Source: Candidatus Woesearchaeota archaeon (GTDB lineage: Archaea; Nanobdellota; Nanobdellia; Pacearchaeales; GW2011-AR1). From it: a stretch of DNA of 64,000 nucleotides. Under the pieces are notes generated by a model that was not told the origin of the DNA, searched no databases, and saw only the letters and a program-made list of their open reading frames with translations. Shown here piece after piece: positions 33,288 to 42,372 of this stretch. How positions within the stretch are numbered: the first letter of the stretch is position 1; the number at the start of each line of letters is the position of its first letter. The position numbers were made by a program, and so were the translations under genes. The stretch is from NCBI GenBank assembly GCA_964534185.1, contig CAZHOH010000001.1:19669-83668 (forward strand). The letters are read 5' to 3'.

Positions 33288-33317
33288 ATAAGTTTGCCAA
33301 TGAGACCGTCGCCTTAA
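33252..33317 (+). pseudogene. truncated duplicate of the exonuclease 5' end
   Basis: MARRFLYDTEFI, then out-of-context residues and a stop after 21 codons. Confidence 0.6.
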
Positions 33318-33375
33318 GTCGACGGAGGAATCGGCACCTCCCTTGGTTTCTTGAATAAACACCTCGCGTTGTGCC

Positions 33376-33573
33376 CTACACGCTTAAAATTCCGCGCTCG
33401 ACCAAGCTGTTACAGACATCCAATGCTTGGAAATGCCCTATTTGCAAGTAATTGGATATGTCTTCGGCGTCTTTTCCGGGATTTGCCGTTAGGAAGCACA
33501 GAACGTCTTTTTCTGTACTGGTTAGCACATGTGATCGGTCGTAGTTTGTTCCGATGTTGCTTGTATAATTCAT
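33376..33573 (-). CDS. small winged-helix DNA-binding protein (65 aa)
   Basis: ATG at 33573 with GAGGAGA upstream. LTSTEKDVLCFLTANPGKDAEDISNYLQIGHFQALDVCNSLVERGIL is MarR/wHTH-like. Confidence 0.5.
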   Translation of the reverse strand: MNYTSNIGTNYDRSHVLTSTEKDVLCFLTANPGKDAEDISNYLQIGHFQALDVCNSLVERGILSV

Positions 33574-33596
33574 CACTCGTCTCCTCATCGTTAAGC

Positions 33597-35531
33597 CTAA
33601 AGCATCGCCTCGAACTCGTTCATTCCTATGATCTGTACGCCCAACTCGCGGGCCTTCTGAGCCTTGCTTTTCGTGCTGGACGTATCCTTGAGGACGAGGT
33701 AACTGAGTCCCTTGCTCACGCTCTTCTTTTCCTTGCCTCCCGCCGCTTCCAGACGTTGCCTCTGATCAGGATCCATTCGTACCCCAGAGAAGCAGAAGGT
33801 CTTCCCGTACAACTTGCCGTCGGACACCTCCTTCTTGAGCGGGGTCACCTTGATTATCCTGACCAGCCTCTCTATTAGATCCTTGCGGGACTGGATCGAC
33901 TCTGTAACCTCCTTGGCCGGCTCCTCGCCGAACGTTCCCTTCTCGCTGAATGGCTTTCCGACGAGATCCTTGGGTGCGAGGCCAAGATATTCCTCGACGG
34001 TATCGATGCCGATAAGGCGAGCGCGAGACCTGCCGAGCATCTTGATGGACAGCGATCCCATGAACATGTCGATCGGGAGTTCTCGCGTCTTGTCAATCTC
34101 TGACACGATCTTCTTGGCGTTGCTGCCGATGACCCCGTTGCCCACCGGGCACTTCGACACGCTGGCCTCGTCGAGCGAGTAAAGGTCATCTATGTCCTTG
34201 ACCAGACTCGCCTCGACCAGGGACCTGAGCGCCGTGGAGCCAAGTTGCTTGATGTCTAGCTTGTCAACCCAGTTCCTGATCCTCTGGAAGTAGAGGTCTG
34301 GGCAGGTGGGGTCGGTCACCAGCAGGCGCTTGCCCTCCCAGGACAGGTCGTATTCCTTGCCATCGGAGGCCTTCCATGCCCCCGGGGGAGGAAAGGGGCC
34401 GGCCGTGTTCTTCTTGGCCACCCTCGTTATGTGCGGGATGATGTCCCCTCCCTTCTCCACCTCGACGACGTCTCCGACGTTGATGTTCTTCTCGCTGACG
34501 TACTTGAAGTTGTTCAGCAAGCAGTGCGTAACGGTCGTCCCCGCTAGCCTCACAGGCTCGAACACGGCGGTGGGTATGATCGCCCCCGTTTGGCCGATGG
34601 TAAGCTCTATCGAGAGGATCTTGGACTCGGCCTTCTCCGTCTCGAACTTCCAAGCCACCTGCCCCCGGGGGCGGCTCCCCCCGTCGCTGTACCCCATGGA
34701 TTCCTGCTTCTCGAGGTCCTCGACCGCGACGACCATGCCGTCGATCTCGAACTCGAGTTCGACGCGGGAGTCCTCGTATCGCTTGCGGCACTTGACGAGG
34801 TCGTCCCAGGTCCGGCAACGGAACCACCGGATCGTCTCGAAGCCCATGGACTCGAGCGCCTTGAACTTGTGGCTCTGCTTCTTGAACGCAACCTCGGGGT
34901 GAACCAGGTCGAACGCCCGGAACGTGATGTGCTTGTTCGCGCTGGGGTCGCTCTTCGCCACGATGACGCCGTTGCCGCCGTTGCGGGGGTTTTCCTTGTC
35001 TGGGAGATGCTCCCTCCACGCGCTGACGGACAACTGGGCCTCACCCCGGACGATGACCTGAGCCTTGACGTCGATCTTCTCCGGCAACCCCTCCCACATG
35101 CGGGCGTTGCGGGTGATGTCCATGCCGATCTTGCCGTCGCCGCGGGTGGCAACGCGCCAGAGGCTGCCCCCGCGATAGACCGCCTCGGCGCTGGAGCCGT
35201 CAGCCTTGTCCGACACGATGACCTCGGGCTTGCCGGCCTTCTCGAACCATGCCAGGATGCCGGCCTCGTCCTTGGCCTTGTTCTGGCTTCCCATGTGCAT
35301 CAGAAGCCTGACCTCGTCCCGATGCCCGGAGACAGGGGCGCCGACCTCGCTGAAGAACGAGTGCCCCGGGGCCGCGCGCCGGAGCTCGTCGCGAAGCGCG
35401 TCGAACTCCGCGTCGGTCATCAGGGTCATGCCCGTATTGTAATAGGCCTCGCTGGCCGCCCTCAAGTCGGCAGCGATCTCGTCAGGGGACCTCCTGTCGC
35501 CTGGCCCAAAGTTGATTGCTGGATCTTTCAT
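33597..35531 (-). CDS. ligA: NAD-dependent DNA ligase
   Basis: YYNTGMTLMTDAEFDAL (domain Ia), adenylation Lys in SDKADGSS, OB motif GGDIIPHI, HhH region, and a C-terminal BRCT (GKTFCFSGVR). Start trimmed to ATG 35531. Confidence 0.85.
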   Translation of the reverse strand: MKDPAINFGPGDRRSPDEIAADLRAASEAYYNTGMTLMTDAEFDALRDELRRAAPGHSFFSEVGAPVSGHRDEVRLLMHMGSQNKAKDEAGILAWFEKAGKPEVIVSDKADGSSAEAVYRGGSLWRVATRGDGKIGMDITRNARMWEGLPEKIDVKAQVIVRGEAQLSVSAWREHLPDKENPRNGGNGVIVAKSDPSANKHITFRAFDLVHPEVAFKKQSHKFKALESMGFETIRWFRCRTWDDLVKCRKRYEDSRVELEFEIDGMVVAVEDLEKQESMGYSDGGSRPRGQVAWKFETEKAESKILSIELTIGQTGAIIPTAVFEPVRLAGTTVTHCLLNNFKYVSEKNINVGDVVEVEKGGDIIPHITRVAKKNTAGPFPPPGAWKASDGKEYDLSWEGKRLLVTDPTCPDLYFQRIRNWVDKLDIKQLGSTALRSLVEASLVKDIDDLYSLDEASVSKCPVGNGVIGSNAKKIVSEIDKTRELPIDMFMGSLSIKMLGRSRARLIGIDTVEEYLGLAPKDLVGKPFSEKGTFGEEPAKEVTESIQSRKDLIERLVRIIKVTPLKKEVSDGKLYGKTFCFSGVRMDPDQRQRLEAAGGKEKKSVSKGLSYLVLKDTSSTKSKAQKARELGVQIIGMNEFEAML

Positions 35532-35680
35532 GAAAAACTCTCCGAGGAGACCATCGCCTTCGGCGGCCAAACTCGTCGAGGACAAGGCCTCGACGATCGG
35601 TCCCCGGCGAAGCGCGAGCCGCCCCGGGGCCTAGCCCCGGGAATCCGCACCCTTCAGGGGGCGGAGGATGTCAAGTCTTG

Positions 35681-36670
35681 TTAGCTGCCGAAGCCTACGA
35701 TCGCGTTCTCGTCGCGATCGTCGATGGCGTCCTTCATACCCTTCAGGCGCTCCAAGGAGGCAGAATAGTCAGTCTGCCCCTGGATTACCACTGATATGAA
35801 TAGTTCCTTCAAGTGGGCAACGGACAGGCCGTCCGTATCCTCTGCCCACTGAACCAAGTCGTAGTCGTCGATGTTATCCACGTTACGAAACAGGTATTCC
35901 AGGTAAGACAGGCGATCATCCTCGCGAGGAAGCCCCACCTTGAGCCGACGGTCGAAGCGCGACGGCCTGTTGACGATGCGCGCGCCTAATTCACCCGGGT
36001 AATTGGTCGTGGCCAGGAAGACTATTTTGTGAACTTTGCCGACCCCGTCCAACAGGTTCAGGACCTCGCTCTCTTCGTGCTTATTCAGAATGGCCTCGAG
36101 GTCCTCCATCAGCACGACGACGGGGGTGTCCAGTTGAACGTCACGTATGACGCCCAGCACTTCCTTAACGATGCAAGGAGAAGCATCGAAGACCACGACG
36201 ATGCCTCCCATGCTTATGACCTGCTCGCATATGGCGCAGCACGCGGACGTCTTGCCGGATCCCGCGGGTCCCCACATGAGGATACCCCGCTTGTATGAAA
36301 GCCCATGCCGCCTGAAAACATCCTCCCTTTGCCAGAACGTCTGGATGTCTTCTATGATCTCGTCGGTCGGGGAGTCCTTGAACCGGATGACCTCCTCCTC
36401 CTTCATGGGCAGCCTCTCTAGGTAGACGCTATCAGGCAAACGTCTTGGCCCATAGACGCCCGGGGGCAACTTCGGGATCGTGTTACTTACGGGCAACAGG
36501 TTACGGCCGTTCTGCGTCCATTGCACGTAGGCGTTCGTATCTGCATCTGCATGCCTCGGTGTCTCGTATGCCTCGCATACCTCCTCTGTCTTTTGCCACT
36601 GTTTTGGATTTGGCGGGCAACTCACCGACAGGAGTTCTGTTAGCTCCGCTTCTTCTTGCTTTATGGACAT
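35681..36670 (-). CDS. AAA+ ATPase (classical AAA clade)
   Basis: Walker A GPAGSGKTS, Walker B VVVLMEDLE, and the second region of homology ATTNYPGELGARIVNRPSRFDRRL. Confidence 0.75.
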   Translation of the reverse strand: MSIKQEEAELTELLSVSCPPNPKQWQKTEEVCEAYETPRHADADTNAYVQWTQNGRNLLPVSNTIPKLPPGVYGPRRLPDSVYLERLPMKEEEVIRFKDSPTDEIIEDIQTFWQREDVFRRHGLSYKRGILMWGPAGSGKTSACCAICEQVISMGGIVVVFDASPCIVKEVLGVIRDVQLDTPVVVLMEDLEAILNKHEESEVLNLLDGVGKVHKIVFLATTNYPGELGARIVNRPSRFDRRLKVGLPREDDRLSYLEYLFRNVDNIDDYDLVQWAEDTDGLSVAHLKELFISVVIQGQTDYSASLERLKGMKDAIDDRDENAIVGFGS

Positions 36671-36679
36671 TTCTCCTCC

Positions 36680-36868
36680 CTACAACTGAATGCCCCGCTG
36701 CGCTTCCCAATCAGCTAGTTCCACGCGTTCTCGCTCAGCTCGTTCAAGGATATGGCGAGCAATTTGAAGGGCTTCTGCCCGGGAGATCGGGCGTCCAATC
36801 AAATGTTCAAACTGCTGACCGTCAATATGCACCTTGCCAGTTCCGTCTTGGTCAGTTGCTCCCATCAT
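36680..36868 (-). CDS. small hypothetical protein (62 aa)
   Basis: Tail of ORF 36680..37366, taken from MMGATDQ. It fills the gap between the Thg1-like and AAA genes. Confidence 0.3.
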   Translation of the reverse strand: MMGATDQDGTGKVHIDGQQFEHLIGRPISRAEALQIARHILERAERERVELADWEAQRGIQL

Positions 36869-37730
36869 CGTCAACTTCTCCCAGCAGCAGATCCGCGCGC
36901 TCCTCCCACGGAGAATCCGTCTCAGGCTCCGCGCCATAAAAAAGAACCTCCACCCTGTTCCTAACCTGTCGCAGCGGAGGAAGCACTGCCTCGTGATAGG
37001 CCCTCCTCTGGCAGACGACGGATGACGGCTCATCCCCAAGGGCGATCGCTCGCGTCTTGGTAACGGAAACTTCCCTGCGGATGAAGTACGTCCCCCGCTT
37101 GAAGAATCCAGGATAATCGTCCCAGTGGGCCCCTTCCTGCGAGAGCATGTCCCGTAACTGGTCGGAGTTCTTGTTGACGCACTGCTTGTGTGAGAAAACG
37201 GCGCGGGCGGCGCTCTGCACGCTGTTACGAGTCGCGTCCAACTCGCGCCATAGGATGCAGTTTGCTGCCTCTTCCAGCGACGGAACGTTCCATACGCGAC
37301 AGTCGAAGGAGGCGGTCTTGCCACAGAGCTCGGGAATGCCACCCTCCGCAGGCACGAAGCATCCATTCCTCTTGGTGTTTACCGCTTGGTTAAACTTGAC
37401 CGATGCCATGGCGGCGATGACGCTAACCATCTTCTGTATCTTGCCCCCGAAGAACAACTGTGACGCCGGGTGGTCCGCATGGAGTACGAGGCTGATCTCG
37501 TCGGACTGCGTATACGCGCACCTGGCCCCTGTTTCCTTGGCCAAGTATTTGGCCACCTTGGCCATGGCCACGGACATGCGCCTGTCGTATGGGCGCCCCA
37601 GCCCCCGGGTCATCCTGCTGAAACTGCGGCCATCGACTCGAATGCAAGCGGGCAGGCGAGGCATCAGCCTGCGGCCCGATTCCATCCGCTCGTATTCCTT
37701 CATCCTGTCGCCAATGTCAGTTTTGTCCAT
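36852..37730 (-). CDS. tRNA(His) guanylyltransferase Thg1-like protein (3'-5' polymerase family)
   Basis: GDRMKEYE, IRVDGRSFSRMT, RPYD and AYTQSDEISLVL. Start set at ATG 37730; the ORF track start at 37742 is a TTG. Confidence 0.75.
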   Translation of the reverse strand: MDKTDIGDRMKEYERMESGRRLMPRLPACIRVDGRSFSRMTRGLGRPYDRRMSVAMAKVAKYLAKETGARCAYTQSDEISLVLHADHPASQLFFGGKIQKMVSVIAAMASVKFNQAVNTKRNGCFVPAEGGIPELCGKTASFDCRVWNVPSLEEAANCILWRELDATRNSVQSAARAVFSHKQCVNKNSDQLRDMLSQEGAHWDDYPGFFKRGTYFIRREVSVTKTRAIALGDEPSSVVCQRRAYHEAVLPPLRQVRNRVEVLFYGAEPETDSPWEERADLLLGEVDDDGSN

Positions 37731-37803
37731 TTCCTGCTTCAATCCACCCCGGGGGAAACCTTACTTCGGAAGCCATTTTACCATCCCCCGGGGGCACGGC
37801 AAA

Positions 37804-38310
37804 TCAATAGACGTAGAAGAAGCTGGTTCTGTCGCCATAGTAACTGCGGATGGCAGTCTCGGCGTCGGGGAACGATCCCTTGCAGTTCTGGTTGGACATC
37901 ATCCACCACTTGTCTTCGTTGTCTCGCATGACGACGATGACGTGGCCCTTTCTTATGGAAACGTTGGTCTGTGCGCGTCTTACCTCGGGGTACTTGCCCT
38001 TGAGGACTTGCTCCGCCAACGCTGCCATGTCATCGCAGTCACCCGACTTGCGGGCGAAGGAGACCCATGGCCGGGAGGCATAGTCCAGGGCGCCGCCGAG
38101 GGGATCCCCCTTCCAGGCGAACCCTACCTCCTCGTACCAGTCCTCTAGGTCCCCAGCCGTGCGGCAGGACTCGCGAAGCCCCTCGAGCCCCTCTATCATC
38201 TTGGCCCGATCGTAGTACATCCTCAGGAACAGGGACTCAATCGCTGCAACGACGGAACTGAATATCGGCTTTGATATGTAGAACACGAGGAAACGGAGTA
38301 ATTTATTCAT
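37804..38310 (-). CDS. hypothetical protein, possible transglutaminase-like cysteine peptidase fold
   Basis: An N-terminal hydrophobic helix. SGDCDDMAAL (Cys), then a later GHVIVV (His). Confidence 0.4.
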   Translation of the reverse strand: MNKLLRFLVFYISKPIFSSVVAAIESLFLRMYYDRAKMIEGLEGLRESCRTAGDLEDWYEEVGFAWKGDPLGGALDYASRPWVSFARKSGDCDDMAALAEQVLKGKYPEVRRAQTNVSIRKGHVIVVMRDNEDKWWMMSNQNCKGSFPDAETAIRSYYGDRTSFFYVY

Positions 38311-38339
38311 TTTTTCCCCAGTAGGGTGGATGGGAATGC

Positions 38340-38939
38340 TCAACTCTTGCGGCGCTTTTTCTTTGGCCTTGGCCTTGGCATGCGCCTCGCTGGCCTCAAG
38401 TCCTCGCCTCTTAGCAATTTCAGGTGTTTCTCGATCATTCCTTTCTTGACGGGGCCGATTTTATCGACGAACAACACCCCGTCCAGATGGTCGATCTCAT
38501 GTTGTATCGCTTGAGACAATAGCCCCGTGGCGTTCATTCCCTGCTTGACGCCGGTCACGTCTTGGTATTCCACGGACACCTTCGAAGCCCGCCGAACGTG
38601 TCCCGTCACCTTCTGCAGGGGGAGGCTCAGGCAGGCCTCTTGCATGCTCTGCTCGCCAGACGACTCCACCACGACGGGGTTCACCATCGCGAAAACGCTC
38701 ATCTTCTCGCCATCGGGGACGCGAAGGACTATGATTCTCTTCGTCTCGCCAACCTGTGGCCCCGCGAGGCCAATGCCCCTCTCCAGCGACAGGGTATGAA
38801 GCATGTCGTGCGCGAGGAAGGCGACGGACTCGTCGAAGGACGTAACCTCCTTGGCCTCCCCCCGGAGGACGGGATCCGGATACGTGAGAATCTTCAGGGC
38901 GCTTGGCTGGCGCGAAGGCGCGGAAGAGGTATCGGCCAT
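38340..38939 (-). CDS. def: peptide deformylase with basic C-terminal tail
   Basis: GIGLAGPQVG, EACLSLP and HEIDHLDG. The tail is RRMPRPRPKKKRRKS. Confidence 0.9.
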   Translation of the reverse strand: MADTSSAPSRQPSALKILTYPDPVLRGEAKEVTSFDESVAFLAHDMLHTLSLERGIGLAGPQVGETKRIIVLRVPDGEKMSVFAMVNPVVVESSGEQSMQEACLSLPLQKVTGHVRRASKVSVEYQDVTGVKQGMNATGLLSQAIQHEIDHLDGVLFVDKIGPVKKGMIEKHLKLLRGEDLRPARRMPRPRPKKKRRKS

Positions 38940-38976
38940 GACTTCTCCGTTCTAGTCGAACATGTTAGGCGGCTCG

Positions 38977-41070
38977 TCACCACGTGGCGGCCAATCGAAA
39001 GGATAACACTCCGAAAGCGCACGCAGCAGCAACTGGGACGACGCCATTTCCCAGCAGGCGTAGCTGGTCTGTTCGACGCTCGTGGTCGAGTCTGTCCATC
39101 CCGGAGGCCACCCCATCAGCCATTCTACAAAGAGCGGGTTCAAGAAGCGGCTCGGCTTCAAGGACTTGCTCCCATTCCCTGAAGTCCCCTGGCCCCGGGG
39201 GCGCGAGGGGGAGGATTGTTCCAGATGGGCCTCGAAAACCTGCGACCACACCTTTGCCAGCGTCTCGACATGAACCTGATGGCTGCCGCTCTCCGACTGC
39301 CCCTTCCGAAGAACCTGCTCGACGCTCATAGCCCTGCCCCCGTTGGGCACGTTCGGCGTTGGCCAGAGACAGTTCCACACGTCGCTCCACATTTTCGCTA
39401 CGACCTGGAGGCTCGTCGGAGTCTTCCGGGGGCCTCCCTTCATGCGCCGCTTCATCGCCATGTGGGCCCCAGGGGTCTTGTTGTCGTCGTTCGCCACCGC
39501 CGTTGGCCACAGCGGCCCATTCTGCCGCCCGGAGGATGGCCTCTTCTCCCGGTCTCGCGCCGGCGATGAAGAGACGCTTTCGGACATGGCACAGTCCGAC
39601 TTCCGCCGCCGAGAATAGTCCTGCTTCAACGTCGTAGCCCAGGCCTTGTAGGTCTCTGGCGACCTCGTCGAAGCCGACGTTAACGTGGTTGGGTACGTTC
39701 TCGAAAAAGAGGACGCGGGGTTCTGCCTCCTGGACGATCCTCCTGACGCTGGGCCAGAGGTGGCGGGGATCCTCCTTGCCCTTGATTCTCCCGGCACAGG
39801 AGAACGGCTGGCAGTTGTGGACGACAGTTCCGTCTGCCACGTAAGACTCATCGTCTCGGACTGCGATGTTATAGACTGTGTCCTTGCCAACAGGGGCGTT
39901 TGAGCTGACGCGCTTCCATCCAAGACCTTGGTCGACGAAGGATGCACGATTGCGATCAGGGATGGACACGATCCATGACGGCCTTTGTCTGACGAGTCTG
40001 CCTTCGATGACCTTATCTTTTGCGCTTTGGCAGCATCGAACGGCAGCAATGACCCCAAATGCTCGCTGAGAGAGCAGAGCGACACTGAGAGCAAGGGCCT
40101 TGCTCGCGGACTGAACTCGACGAAATCCCCCCTTTCCAACAGGGTTCTTATGTGCTCCTCCGTCTCCAGACAAGCATCCCTCAAGCAAGGCCCTGGCCTT
40201 TCCCTCTCCGAGGGAAAGGTACTTTCCGGGGATACGCTTGCCGCGGGCATGTCGTCCGAATTGCTGCAAGAACTTGAAGAAACATGTTCTTGTAATGGCG
40301 AATCTGGTTGTTGTTCGCTCCTCGCTCCTGTAGGCGCTAAGCCCTGCTTCTTGTATTCGCCTTTCAAGTTCGTCTGCCTCTGGTCTGTTGCAACAGATGT
40401 TGACACGACCATTTCTGTGGGAAGGAGATTTTTGGAGCCAACCGTCAGCCAAGTACCTCCCGACGAGCCACCAGAATTCTTTTGATCGTTTGTCTGGGCG
40501 CACTGGAGGGAGAGCCTGAGCCACCCAATGCGCTCCGGTGAGTTCCTTTGCCTGCACCCAATCAGGGGAACCAAAAGATCGCTGTCTTCCCTTTTGTTTG
40601 CACCTAGCGAAGAAGGGGTGCTCTTCTGTGCATCTGATTCCCGGGGTTCCTTGCGCCTTGATTTCCCTGATTGGGGCACCGTCCTTGCGCATGACCGCTG
40701 TGACTGGCTTCCATCTGGCTCGGTGGGTAAGGACCAGATCTCCAACTCGAACGTCTTCGATGGGGACATATCCTCGCTTGCATAAGACGAGGGTTCCTGA
40801 GACGAAGCACGGGTACCCTCCAGTGACGCAATCCACGACGCCACGCCATCTTCTGCCGTCGAAGGTCTTGGCATCCGTCCAAATAGGCGCGTCGTCCAGC
40901 CGCCCTTCTTCCATGCGTGATGCCAGTACTTCGATGGCATATCCTTCCCTCTCCACGTAGCAGACGACGCGAGAGCCTCCGACCGCCATTCGGAGTCCGA
41001 GCTCGAGTCCGCCGCCGCCGGAGCAGAGAGACAGAACGTTGAAGGTACGTATGCCCACATCTTTGTTCAT
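38977..41070 (-). CDS. dcm: DNA (cytosine-5)-methyltransferase interrupted by an intein
   Basis: Exteins: VLSLCSGGGGLELGL (motif I), GGYP|...|CQPFSCAG (IV, split), LFFENVPNHV (VI), HVRKRLFIAG (VIII) and LLGNGVVP (X). The spliced product would be about 365 aa. Confidence 0.85.
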   Translation of the reverse strand: MNKDVGIRTFNVLSLCSGGGGLELGLRMAVGGSRVVCYVEREGYAIEVLASRMEEGRLDDAPIWTDAKTFDGRRWRGVVDCVTGGYPCFVSGTLVLCKRGYVPIEDVRVGDLVLTHRARWKPVTAVMRKDGAPIREIKAQGTPGIRCTEEHPFFARCKQKGRQRSFGSPDWVQAKELTGAHWVAQALPPVRPDKRSKEFWWLVGRYLADGWLQKSPSHRNGRVNICCNRPEADELERRIQEAGLSAYRSEERTTTRFAITRTCFFKFLQQFGRHARGKRIPGKYLSLGEGKARALLEGCLSGDGGAHKNPVGKGGFRRVQSASKALALSVALLSQRAFGVIAAVRCCQSAKDKVIEGRLVRQRPSWIVSIPDRNRASFVDQGLGWKRVSSNAPVGKDTVYNIAVRDDESYVADGTVVHNCQPFSCAGRIKGKEDPRHLWPSVRRIVQEAEPRVLFFENVPNHVNVGFDEVARDLQGLGYDVEAGLFSAAEVGLCHVRKRLFIAGARPGEEAILRAAEWAAVANGGGERRQQDPWGPHGDEAAHEGRPPEDSDEPPGRSENVERRVELSLANAERAQRGQGYERRAGSSEGAVGERQPSGSCRDAGKGVVAGFRGPSGTILPLAPPGPGDFREWEQVLEAEPLLEPALCRMADGVASGMDRLDHERRTDQLRLLGNGVVPVAAACAFGVLSFRLAATW
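39814..40809 (-). mobile_element. intein (332 aa) with LAGLIDADG homing-endonuclease domain
   Basis: Starts CFVSGTLVL (Cys1). Block B is CTEEHPF. LAGLIDADG-like motifs LVGRYLADGWL and LLEGCLSGDGG. Ends VVHN, followed by a +1 Cys. Confidence 0.8.
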
Positions 41071-41097
41071 TCCTGGCCCCTGTTGCCTGTAAATATT

Positions 41098-42120
41098 CTA
41101 CGGGGCCAGCCTCCTTTTGATTTCCTCGCGGACAAACACGCGCGTCGCGTCCAGTTTTTCCTGGAGAGTCATCTTATCCCGCTCCTTTCCCCAGTAGAGA
41201 ACGCTCACGTCGGGCCTGTCATGGAGCGGAAGCCATCCTGGCACGTATAGTCCCCAGAACTCGTCTACCGAGATCGCCGGCATACCAAAGGAAGGGGCAA
41301 GAAAGCCCCCGCCTCCCATGCTTAATGTAAACTCCGCCCCGCTCATTACCTCTAGCTGTCTCTGCAGGTACTCGGTTCGAACCGGCTTCTTCAGTGTCTC
41401 CAGAAACATAGTCTCGTTGCCAATCCTGTTACGGTCTACCCGATCCAGCCGATCTAGGCCCGTGTGTGGGGCCCAACCAACCCCGATGACTTCGTAGCCG
41501 TAGTGGTTGACCAACTCCTTTAATTCCAGCCATTCTAGGAAAGGCAGGCTCCTGCCTCCCGCCGTGCCACCAAACTCGTCTCCTTTCAGCCACCTTTCGG
41601 ACAAGCAGGGTATGAAGCACACGTACTTGCGAGGATCCTTCTTGACCCAGGACCAGTCCATCTTCGCATTGACCAGTTCCCTCGGGAAGTCCCTCCGCAT
41701 CTTGGAAAATAACTTCAGAACGGCGCTCTTTCCCGTCCCCTCCTTGGCCGGGAAATGATATGAATCGCTGAACTGGCTCCAAACCTCTTCCTTCAGGTCG
41801 TCAAGCCACTCGGAATGTATATTGACCTCGTCTCCGAGCCACCGCTTCAACAGGAAAGCTGGCCATATGCGGGTGACGCATACCTCGCCGAACTCACCGC
41901 CGTGAATGATGTTCCTAAGATCCAGATCTATCTTCTCCCTGGGACGGCGCAGAGGGGAGGCCTCAACCTCCTCCTCAACCTTGGCCTCAACCTCCTCCTC
42001 CTCAACCTTGGCCTGACGTGGGGCCGCGGCCGGAGGATTGAGCGAGAAGCCCCAGCACCTCTTGGATCCGTAGGAACAACCTCGTCCCCCGGGGGACGAG
42101 GTTTTTCTTTGTCGAGCCAT
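41098..42120 (-). CDS. leader-bearing GT9-like (GT-B) glycosyltransferase-like protein
   Basis: Trimmed to ATG 42120 (AGGAGG upstream). Shared leader MARQRKTSSPGGRGCSYGSKRCWGFSLNPPAAAPRQAKV, then an E/V/K/A repeat. MGGGGFLAPSFGMPAISV near the C-terminus. Confidence 0.6.
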   Translation of the reverse strand: MARQRKTSSPGGRGCSYGSKRCWGFSLNPPAAAPRQAKVEEEEVEAKVEEEVEASPLRRPREKIDLDLRNIIHGGEFGEVCVTRIWPAFLLKRWLGDEVNIHSEWLDDLKEEVWSQFSDSYHFPAKEGTGKSAVLKLFSKMRRDFPRELVNAKMDWSWVKKDPRKYVCFIPCLSERWLKGDEFGGTAGGRSLPFLEWLELKELVNHYGYEVIGVGWAPHTGLDRLDRVDRNRIGNETMFLETLKKPVRTEYLQRQLEVMSGAEFTLSMGGGGFLAPSFGMPAISVDEFWGLYVPGWLPLHDRPDVSVLYWGKERDKMTLQEKLDATRVFVREEIKRRLAP

Positions 42121-42168
42121 GTTGCCTCCTACCAGCCTGTTGGGATGCCGAGAGAAAAATTCCTTCCC
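42005..42168 (-). repeat. conserved 5' UTR + leader cassette, copy C
   Basis: Reverse complement matches copy B over about 160 nt. It contains the palindrome 42078-42103. Confidence 0.9.
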
Positions 42169-42372
42169 CCGGGGGGCGCGGGAGGGCGTCCATGGCATCG
42201 CCGAGGAGGCCAAGCCCTATGCGCTCCTGTTGGCAGTGACGCGAGACTCGGGTGCGTCGGCATTCGTCAACCTAGTTCAGGATCGGTATGACCTTCACGT
42301 ACCCGCGACGAGAGGGCCACAGCATGCACCATCCAAACATGATAGCCTCTGGCCTGTCGTACGAGATCTCGG

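Noticed and set aside
38952-41060. 702-aa ORF in an alternative frame over the intein-containing methyltransferase gene
   Set aside because: Its translation is Ser/Arg/Pro-rich low-complexity sequence with no motifs. The 38977..41070 frame carries all the methyltransferase and intein blocks. This is a typical shadow ORF in GC-rich DNA.
42214-42372. Gap after cassette copy C, with small ORF 42272..42457
   Set aside because: The ORF overlaps the RmlA-like gene end and has no clear ribosome-binding site. No structured RNA is evident by eye.
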